The notes beneath the pieces were generated by a model. It saw only the letters and a program-made list of their open reading frames with translations, made no database searches and was not told the DNA's origin. From Ramazzottius varieornatus (lineage: Eukaryota > Animalia > Tardigrada), in the NCBI GenBank assembly GCA_001949185.1, contig BDGG01000006.1, positions 2,416,671-2,480,670 of the forward strand: a DNA stretch of 64,000 nucleotides, written 5' to 3'. This document shows, piece by piece, positions 26,088-35,889 of this stretch. The position numbers and the translations under genes are program-made. Positions within the stretch are counted from its first letter, which is position 1; the number at the start of each line of letters is the position of its first letter.

Positions 26088-26636
26088 GCTGCAGTGGTCT
26101 ACCTACGAGACGAACTTGTTCCTATGATGTCACGATGTTCCTGTGCGTAGTGAATTGTGCTAGTGCGCTTTCGGTCGCAATCTGTATACTGAAAATCCGT
26201 TTGCTCAATCGATAATCGATCAATCGAAAGCCAAGTCGACTGACTTTAGCTCCTCCCTCCGCATAAATGCCATGCAATCCTGCACGTCTGCAAACAAGCT
26301 GTGACCTCGACCTCATCAGCCACTCAGAGATTTCTCAGCGACGCAGCACTCTGAATGTTTTAAATTCTTCTTCTTTTTGGATCTCTGCTGGTTTTCGATG
26401 CTGTTTGATCGGTGTACAACGAAGATAAGATCAAGAAAAAGCTCAAACATCAACTTGTTTAGCCACAAAAGCGAAGACAACTTCCGATCACAGAGGAAGA
26501 TAAAAAAATTAAACTCGTCGGTTATCTCTCTTCTCAAGGAAAACCAACACACAGTCAGTCCGATCTTTGGCCGTAACTCGTAAGAGATCTGAAAAGTTGA
26601 ATCAACGAACAAGCCCTGCAGACTAGCGTCAAAGAG

Positions 26637-29600
26637 TTAAACTTTAGCGCCACCATCTTTTCCCACTGGCAAGATAGTTGGTAGAGGCTCGTCCGACATG
26701 AAAATCCTAGGTGCGACTCCCATGCTCATCAGCTCTTGGAAAAGGAGCTTACACGAGTACGGAAGGACGACTTGAGACACCTAAACATAAAGGAAAACAA
26801 CCAGATTGACATTCCCGGAAAAAGATCCCTTCCGGTTGCCGTCAAGACTTTAACACCTTTTTCGCTAACTTACGCCATGTTTTCTTCGGCAGCCTTTACA
26901 CTCAAAGGTGTTCGTCTTGAGTTTGGCAATACATATCAGTCCGCATTTATTACAAACATGGACTCTGGCGGCATCTGAGCAGTCCATGAAACGTTCTCGG
27001 AGGTTCAGCGAAGCGCCATGACTGATCAAGCAATCACGCTCCATTTCTCCTACTCGCAGTCCACCACCCCTAAAACCGAGCAACCACATCATCAACCTGC
27101 TACCAGATGATTCGAGCGCTGATTTAATGATTCATTTACATGGCGCGGCCTTCTTGTGGCTGGCGAGTCAAGACGTTCACGGCGCCGCGGTTCCTCGAGT
27201 ATATCTTGTCGTCCACCAGATGCTTGAGTCGCTGGTAGTACGTCGGACCGATGAAGATGGGCGAACTGAGCTTGACGCCAGTGTGGCCATTCAGCATGAG
27301 TTCGTTACCAAAGGCCTCAAAGTTCTTCTCGCGGAGTACCGCAGCGATTTTACCAACTTTATCTGGGACGTGGGCCACGCTTGGGTCGATTGGCTGGTTC
27401 GTGAGATCGACCGTGGAGAAAGGCGTGCCGTACCCATCATCATCACCGGTCAGGGCAGCTGCCTACGACGAGCAAACCAAATTTTTCGTCTGAAAATGTT
27501 CAGAAAATTTCGACCGAATAATTATTTGCTGTTCGACTTTCCAAGACATTTAGAATCCAATTATGGTTTTTTCCCCAAAACAGTAAAGAGTACGACCGGA
27601 AAACAATGAAATGGGAGTTGGGCAAGCTCGACAAAGATGGTTTACCCAAATGGCGCACGTCCCTCTTGCTATTGACTGGAAACGTGCGGCACTTGAAGAA
27701 CGACCCTGTCGAGCTTTTCGCTGGTCCCAAATATAAACGAAGTTCCGGAAGATTATCCTTACCTTGCCAGAGATACACTCCATTAAGTGACCAATGGTCA
27801 TGCGAGAGGGGATGGCGTGAGGGTTGATGATTATATCGGGGATGATTCCATTGGCAGTGAAGGGCATATCCTGAAATGAAGACTTGTTTGAACAAATAAG
27901 GCAAAAGAAAACACTGTTGTGTAAAAAAATACTATTGTAATTCATACGCGGAAAATAGAGGATGCTTCACCTCGGCTGGGTAGATGATGCCGACTGTTCC
28001 TTTCTGGCCGTGCCGACTAGCAAACTTATCGCCCATCACGGGGACCCTCACCGACCGGACGCGGACCTTGCAGAACCGTTCCTGGTCAGGCGAGTCGGTG
28101 ATCATCACTCGGTCGATGTGGCCCGTTTCCGCCGAGCGCATCTTTACGCTCAAGTCTACTTTCTTTTCTCTTCGATCACCTTGCACCTGCATCGTAAGTA
28201 ACACCATCAAGGTACATCGAAGACAAAGTCAACCTGAAGATTTGCTTCCGAGGGAGAAAAACGAATATCTTACAAAATTGTCAGCCACCGTAACGACAGC
28301 CGTTTTTCCGATCAGGATATCGTCGCCAGAGACACGCGACCCTAGTTCGACGATGCCATCGTCGTCCAGCTTCGCATAGGCGGTATCTTCACACGAAACC
28401 CTGTCTTCTATTGTGAGCTTCTTGAAGTCCAGCTTCCCGATTTCTTCCTGTTTTCTGAACCGGCTATCCTGTGCCTCTATCGCCGAATACGTCCGGTAGC
28501 GAGTATGGCGGAACAACCCTGCAATCGAAATCACCGATCGGAACCCATCCCATAAACTACCATCCACCCACCGGGCCGGAAAGCCGGCCGGACGTCATTC
28601 CCCTAATGGGGATACTTGTTTCCAAATTTCTTTCGAACACTCTTCAATTTTTGTGCTCTGTTCAACGTAAATAAACCCGACGAAAAAGTTCGAAGAAAAT
28701 ACATTCCCAGGTGGCTCAGGTTTTCCGTGTTACTGGCTGCAAGCGTGTGCCGCTTAAGCAAACACATCCAACAAGATTGCTCACGCCAGTGGCGCACTTT
28801 CTCAGTGTTATTGGCCGAATGTGTGCGCGTTGGAAAAACGATCTTGCCAAGTTTGTTCGGCTAAGTTACGTCTCAATTTTTGCATTCAGAAAACCTCAGA
28901 AAACATAGAATCTCGATACCTCGCTGAACAGCCGCTTGGTTGAGAATGACCGAGTCTTCTTGGTTGTACCCGGTGTAGCTCGCGATGGCGACAATGCAGT
29001 TGATACCCGCCGGCAGCTCGTCGAACTTCAACACACCGTGCATCATGGCGTTGGTCGTCACCAGAGGCCTACAACGAAGGAAAAGCGATCCAGGTTAGCC
29101 AAGAACTTCTCATACGAGCGAGCTGGAGCAACTTACTTTTGGGGGTAGTAGAGGACGTGGCAGTCGCTGTCCATCCTCTCGTTAAAGTTGGTGGAGTAGA
29201 CGCCCAGCGACTGTTTGCCCATACCGGCTTGGTAGGTGTTTCGGGGCGACTGGTTGTGGTTAGAGAAGGGAATGATGGAAGCTGCGACGCCGAGGATCAT
29301 GGAAGGGTGGATCTCGCAGTGGGTATACTTGACCGTAGCGTTGACATCGCCGATCTTTCTTCGACGGTTGTTGGGGAGGAGGTCGCGCGGATGCATGGCG
29401 ATCATAGCAGTTTCTTCTTCGGAGACGTCGAGGTATTCGATCATACCGGTCGTCAGCAACTCTTTCCACCTACAAAAAGTGAATCCGTTAATTTAGTTCC
29501 AATAAACAAGGTAAACCGGAGGCAGGCGAAAAATTTCGGGACGATCCTTATCTCATCAGATGCCGCACGTTTCTAGCCAATAACATGGAAACCCGCGCCA

Positions 29601-32600
29601 CTTGAGACTACAACCATCCCAAGATTGTTTCTCGTCCTCCGATATTCACTCAGAAAAAAACTCTGAAAAATTAGATTTAATTATGTTCAGGCTGACAAGT
29701 CATCGTTTCTCGCTACCCGTAATTTGGAGAGGCTTCTTCGAGAATTCCCATCTGGAAAAATGGAAGACCAAGGATGATTTTGACGGCAAGCTCAGCGTTG
29801 CCTCAGAAGTTCGTCCGCAAAGATCAGATGTTATGGTGTGACAGTTCGACTTACCTCCAGTCGTTTGATACTGAGCGCCTGCCTTTCTTCGTCGACTATC
29901 AGCAACGGTCGGCAAACCCGGCCAGCATCCGTGAAGATACGTACTTCTCTAGACCACAAGTTTCGCGAGACCGAAATCTGTAACAGACAAAATCATCCAA
30001 GCAAATCGCTTTCCACATTCCTATCCACACTCACCTCGTATTCCGAAATGTTTCTTCCGCTAGTTCGTCTTCTCAACTGCAGGAGCCTGACCAAATTTGT
30101 CGGTTTAGTCGTCATTCCCACCCACGAACCATTAACTATCACCTTCGTCAACCTATCAACAGCTAATCAGCTTACATCAAGCACAGAAGTAAAAATGATG
30201 AACACAAAGAAAACATCTTTTAGCTCGACAAACAAACTCGACAAGATTGTGTTCTCAAGTAGCGCACGGTTCCGAAACTATTAGCTGGAAACGTGCGCCA
30301 ATTGCAAGAAGAAGGTCGTCAAATCTGTTTGCTTAGGTCCCAAATTACAACTAAAAAGTAAAAGAAGAAACAAAAACCAAAATTAACATTGGTGATTTTG
30401 AAACTCACGTCAAAAGATATTCGGGATCAAAATCCGCCATGGGAGAGAAGTAGTCTTCGATGCTGTCCAGGAACTCTTGCAGCGGCGTACTACCCACAGT
30501 TACGTAGGCCATCAGCGCCAGGTTCTTCACCAAGCCACAGGACATGCCTTCCGGAGTCTCGGAAGGACACACAATGCCCCACTGTGTGTTGTGGAGCATT
30601 CGTGGAGGTGCCAGCCGTGTATCCGGGTTGACGGGTGTGTGCAGCCGTCGTAAGTGAGAGAGAGTCGACAGGTACGTCAACCTGCTCAAGTTCTGCGTGA
30701 TGCCTGAAAGATACCAAAGCGGTAGAATATCAAAAGAAAGGTGTCAAAAGAAATTCGGTGATACTGTTTCATAGTTCGTGCCTGTCAGGGATTCGCCACT
30801 GTAACCCCGGTCGTTCCAGTTGCCCGTACTGAGAGCATACATCAGTCCGTCCGTGATGGTTCGACTTCGGATAGTCACTCCCAAATCGAATTTGGTATTA
30901 CGACGGTTGATGTGTCTCTGCACAGTCATCTTCATCTCACGAACCTGGAAAGTACAGAGAAGCATCAAATAAAAATTAAGCAGAGCAATGATTGGCAAAA
31001 AGGTTATCGAGTTTTATTATAGAGCTCGACAGTTCCTTTTCTCCAAGTGGCGCGCAAATTCGGCCAACAACACTGCGAATGTGCACCACTTTGGAAAGCA
31101 ACTTCGCAAGATCGTTTTCCAAAGTGGCGCCCGTCTTACAGTCAATAACACTTGAGACGCGCGTCACTTGAAGAAACGACCCTGTCAAGTTTGTTTGTCT
31201 AACCCAACTTTCGTTCAATTATTCGCATTTCCTTCTCCCATTTGGCTTACCATTCTGGTGAAAAGTCTTCGGAAGACCGTACGAAGCAGCGGTCCAGCCA
31301 AATCGACTCTCTTGTTCCCGTAGTGGTCCCTGTCATCGACGGCTCTCCATCCCAGGACCGTCGCCAGCAGCTGATGGACCATGTAGCCCAACAGCCACCG
31401 CTTCTTGTCAGCTGAGTTGTCGTCCAGTCCAACGTGAGGGAAGACGTCTCGGCGAATGATTTCCCTCGCGAATCTGATCCTCTCTTTCCTTGCAGCACCC
31501 GGCGCTGCTGCTCGGTTACCGATGAAGTTCAGTGCCAGCTCTTGCGTCCTGAAGAGCTCGCCGTCGACCAGCGAAGGCTGAAACAGGGTCCGCTCTTCTT
31601 GGTCATGAGGATTGCGGGTACTCGGAACGATGCGGTCGAGGATACTTCCGTCCTCCTCCAGACCCAGCGCGCGAAAGACGATCGCGACGGGGATGGGATG
31701 GCGAACGTTGGGAAGAATGGCCACGACAGACCTACCCAAGTTCACTTCCCAGCCGGTCATCTACCAACGAAAACCCGTCAAATCACCCAGAGTATTACCC
31801 CATGACAGGTAAACGCGAAAAAAAAACTGGCTAAGACCGACGCACAAAATCAGGAAACAAAATCCAACCAGCCGCATACAAAGAATGCCCAAATTCGCTG
31901 ATGTAATAGAATGCACATACATAACACAGAGACGCTCACCGATCCAATCACACAGGTCGAACAGAAATGAGTCAAGAATTCTTACATCGATGTTTTTCTT
32001 TGGACGATGGATGTGTAGTGATAGTTTGCAAGGTGGCCGGGATGAGTTGGTGACCACCGAGGAGAACTCGGCGCTGTATTCATATTTCTTGATGGTTGAA
32101 TGGTGGACGTAGATCTGGTTAGGTGCCATTCTTTCTTGGGCGATGACTACCTGCATGCAAACCGATTGTTAGAGCTGCATAAGTCCAACAGGGAGTGAAA
32201 AGGTACCTTTTCACAGCCGTTGATGATGAAGTAGCCGCCAGGATCCAGCGGACATTCCTTGAGCTCAGCTAGTCCCTGTCGGCCTTTGACAGCTCGGCTA
32301 TTCAGCAAGCAAAACTTGGACCTGACCATCACCGGCACTTTACCCAAGTACACTTTCCCGTAGTGTCTTCTCTCTATCTTGTTGTTCCTGTCAATCGTCT
32401 GGCTGATGTCAACGTAGATCGCCGAAGAGTAAGTCAGGTTGCGCAGTCGAGAGTCTTGTGGAGGGGAAACCACCGTTTCGGTCCCAGCTTCAAAGACAAT
32501 ATAATTCAGATTTTTCCCCCTCATTTTACAGTCCTCATCACTCCTTATGAACTGAAGTAAACTAGTTCAAAATATCGCTTGACCAACACAAATCCAATTC

Positions 32601-33591
32601 ATAAAAGAATTACAGTAATAAAGTAGGAAAAGTGGAAAAAATCCTGGACTTTCTGGTTCTCCTACCTTCCCAATTTTGAGGCTTGGACAGGTACACTTGC
32701 CCGAACTTCCATGTGACAGTTATCTGAAATAATTCGAACCATATCTTTACACGACAGCCGAATTACGGCAGGACAAGTTACGAGCGGAATTGTGGTAACA
32801 GTACAGTAGTATGTAAAAGGCGTTACCGTCTTACCGGTTGCTCGTCGTGTTTGAGCTTCTTGTAGTCCAGCTCCTGGACTACCGTCACCGCTGGAAATTC
32901 GTCGTCGACAATCCTCTGGATATCATGCTCTAGAAAAGTATCGAAGGAATCGAGCTGCTGCCTGACCAGGCCGCGCTCGGCGAAGTGGCTGCCGACGATG
33001 TGCCATGCTATCCTGTCGTATTCTTCCGGTGAGATGTCGCTCTGTACGTAGCGCTGACGCCGGGTTTCTTCGTCAAGCTCTTCTTCTTCTGGATCAGCTA
33101 CAGTTCCAGATTCTCCTCTGGCATCTAAAATGAAAACCGCAAACTTAGCCTGCGAATGAGAAGCTGAAACTCTGCGCGAAAGCTCAAAACAAACCGAAGT
33201 CACTCAAGTCCAGTAAACCACTTCCAGCCAAATGGACCGAGGAGCATCCCATGGCCCACCACAAAACGCAAACAACGCGCAAGCAGGCCGTAAGTTTGAC
33301 CCATGTGGTCCAGTCAGACCACGACGAGCAATCAATGAAAATTCCGCAAATTTTCTCTTCAGGTTACTTCGGACAATGGACAAGGTAGGAAGCTTAAGAA
33401 AACATACCCGCTGGAGCAAGAGGCTTTCCGTAACGATACAGGTTCTCCAAGTCCGGAGGGAGCTGAAGATCGGCAGGCAGAGGAGGGACAGGATGGTTGA
33501 GCGGCGGCAGACGAGTGTTCGGCACTGCTCCTTCGTCAGGTGACGAGTCTGGCGGTGAAGGCTCCGTAAGGCTGATTTCCTGATCCTCCAT
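26637..33591 (-). CDS. RPB2: Diverged paralog of the RNA polymerase II second-largest subunit (RPB2/POLR2B-like), about 19 exons, apparently intact
   Basis: [187 protein letters not shown], Zn site CNKC...[18 protein letters not shown]. Stop at 26637; probable ATG at 33591 (MEDQEIS...). Confidence 0.93.
27621..27722. repeat. Intronic palindrome family
   Basis: AAGCTCGACA...AATGGCGCACGT...ACGTGCGGCACTT...TGTCGAGCTT. Confidence 0.8.
28670..28862. repeat. Intronic palindrome family, double unit
   Basis: CAAGATTG...CAGTGGCGCAC...GTGTGCGC...CGATCTTGCCAAGTTTGTT. Confidence 0.7.
29520..29630. repeat. Intronic palindrome family
   Basis: GCCGCACGTTTCTAG...TGGAAACCCGCGCCACTTGAGA. Confidence 0.65.
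30230..30332. repeat. Intronic palindrome family
   Basis: ACAAACTCGACAAGATTG...AAGTAGCGCACGGTTCC...GGAAACGTGCGCCAATTG. Confidence 0.8.
31022..31200. repeat. Intronic palindrome family, double unit
   Basis: CCAAGTGGCGCGCA...TGTGCACCACTTTGG and AAAGTGGCGC...GCGCGTCACTTGAAGAAACGACCCTGTCAAGTTTGTT. Confidence 0.8.
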
Positions 33592-34112
33592 GGAATTATT
33601 TGCCCGAACACTTGCCCCATGATTCCGATCTACCAAGAAAGAAATCAACAAAGAAGTACGAAGCAAGCCGCAGCAAATCCCAACCATCAATGAATTTAAA
33701 TTCCAGACTTACATTCCGCTTCGTCTTGGCCGCACAAAAAAGCAGCATCTTCCACCAACTCTTCGTCGTCGCTTTGAGCAGAGGTAACCCGGTCCATTGT
33801 CTGTAACATGGACAGAATTTTCGTCATTGAGATAAGCAGAGATCACAAATTCGGGCCAAATCCATCCAGAAATCAAGGAACCAGTCGTTCGCTCTCGTCA
33901 ACCACGACAACTCATAACCATCCCCAGGCTCTTCCAGACTCTCATGGATACGCACATGATGTCAGTCAAACAGAACGGCAGGTGAGACGGAGACACCATG
34001 GACATGTAAATTCATCACGCATTGTTTGTCAGAAGGGAAATTTTGGCTGCGAGAGTTGTGCCGGTGCGTTTTGAACAATGCGCATTGTGAAAACAAAAAC
34101 AGGTGATGCGCC

Positions 34113-34732
34113 TAGCGCTGGCAAAAATACGACAAAATTCGATACGATATTTTTCGATACAATATCGGCGGATATTTTATTGCGGTCATCGATGTTCATT
34201 CGATATCGATACTTCGATACGAAATTTTCTGATACCGTATTTTCGTTATATCGTATCATAGCGCAGCGATATATTGATATTTCAGGAATTTTAGTTGTTT
34301 GGAATTCCACTGGTTCAAGCCCAAAAACTCAAGAAGCCGGTTTCCACATAAAGTATTAGTAAGATCGAAAGCGTCGGATGCAGCAAAGACATGACTATAC
34401 CAATACTTCAAACACATGGAAACCTGGACAGAATTAGTATCAGAACCGAATGGGCGGAGTGTGCTCGGTACACCATGGCCAAAATCAAGTCCTTGAAATC
34501 AACCATGGTCTTCCGTAAACGAGATATCACTGGCGAGTTTGCCATTCAGCAAAATACCGATATGTCGATAATATATCGATATGGCGCGATACGATATCGC
34601 CGAATATTTTATTGCTTTATTCGATATGAGCTTCATATCGATATTTTCGATACGATATCTGCCGCATATCTTATCACAAAGATTCGATATATTTCGATAC
34701 GATATCGGTGTGCCGTATCGTTGCCAGCACTA
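34113..34732. mobile_element. Second copy of hAT element A, opposite orientation, uninterrupted
   Basis: Near-identical reverse complement of 18426-19597 without element B; flanks GATGCGCC / GGTGCGTC (6/8 TSD). Confidence 0.92.
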
Positions 34733-35889
34733 GGTGCGTCCCACATTGAAACGCGCTTGTCCCGGAACGAGGTGCACAGTTCTTATGCACAGTGCCCGGA
34801 CTCGTGCCCTGCGCAAGCGTCCCGGTCTGCAATCTGCATTACTTCGTTCGGTTGATTGGGATAGCTAGTTAATTGAAACGGTTCACCCTTAGTAAATCAT
34901 GGTCCATCCGTTCGGGAACTTCAGAAGTCAGAAGTCGGAACTCAGTAGTCAGTAGACTTTCAACGAGGGTTGCATTCGCCATGTTAGGAGTATTAATCTA
35001 ATCCCCTCTGTTTTCACATCTCGGTGGCTGGATTGAGTGTACTGAGAACTCAGGCTCGAAGCAATTCATAGAACATCGCTTTGGCTGGGCTTGGGAGATC
35101 GGAGACTGCCTTCGAGGACCGAAACTTGCTTTGCGGTTGATCTAGTGCTGGCTCTGTCGGTAGAGCTGTTAGAAACCAGACCAGACCACTTGGAAAGTGG
35201 TTTATATGGTTTATGTGGTTCGTGGTTTAACATCCAACCCGAACCACCTCAAACCATATGGCATCTCAAACCAAACTACTCAAACCGGTTTCGATCACGC
35301 GCCAAACCATATAAACCAGTGGTTTATGTGGTTTAATATGGTTTGGGGTATGGGGCAGACTTCGTACGAAATCTGCGGATTCCGTGCCAGAACTCGAGCC
35401 GAAATTGGCCATCTGGCCGTGCCAATCCTTTTCCACCCATTGCCACCGTGCGCAGCCGCATCGTTCTGATGAGCTATGACTCGTGATGCATAGCTTTAAC
35501 TGGGTGCGCACTGTGTTTTAAGCTGCGCGACTTGAGAACTACGCCTTTCGTAGGCACAAATCACAATTCCGACAGTGCTGGACAGCATTGCTGGTGGAAA
35601 AAGGATTGTACTACCGCCTTGCTCGCCACGGTGCCTTTACAATTCCGGCACCTGCCGGTTTTGCCTGTTTGCGTGTGTTCGTAGAGAAACCAGCAACTGT
35701 GGCTCAGTTTCTTGTCCTCGGTGGTTATTTTAGTTGGTTAGTCAAGTGAAGAAAACTGTGGCACAATTTACTGGTGATCGAAAAGTTGTTCGCAAACCGG
35801 TTCAAACCGGCGGTTTATGTGGTTTGGTTTGAATGGTCTGGTTTAAAATTCAGACCAAACCACTTTTGGTGGTGCCGGAGAAACCAGTG

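Larger units (their letters stand above)
19637..26101. mobile_element. Composite hAT unit C: CTGCA-repeat MITE (own right end at 25211) plus captured 25212-26101 ending in a cryptic TIR
   Basis: Left TAGAGCCCTGCAGC; internal right end TGCAGGGCTCTA at 25200-25211; outer end GCTGCAGTGGTCTA at 26088-26101; 8-bp TSD CCTACGAG at 19629-19636 and 26102-26109. Confidence 0.85.
18346..26184. mobile_element. Old ~200-bp palindromic MITE, now expanded to 7.8 kb by nested insertions
   Basis: Left arm GAGATCGCGAGTGCCCACGCACTAGCACAATTCGATACGCATAAGAATATCGTGACATCATA (18346-18407) is an imperfect inverted repeat of TATGATGTCACGATGTTCCTGTGCGTAGTGAATTGTGCTAGTGCGCTTTCGGTCGCAATCTG (26123-26184); TATA on both flanks. 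Confidence 0.75.

Noticed and set aside
14404-31200. Palindromes as CRISPR repeats, or as introner elements that created the introns
   Set aside because: Copies are dispersed and divergent, with no spacer array or cas genes. They lie inside introns whose splice sites are outside the repeat, so intron creation is unsupported.
26637-33591. Viral (giant-virus) or contaminant origin, or an RPC2/RPA2 identity for the polymerase gene
   Set aside because: About 19 spliceosomal exons, host repeats in the introns, metazoan neighbours and Pol II-specific motifs ([23 protein letters not shown]). An ancient transfer cannot be excluded without a tree.
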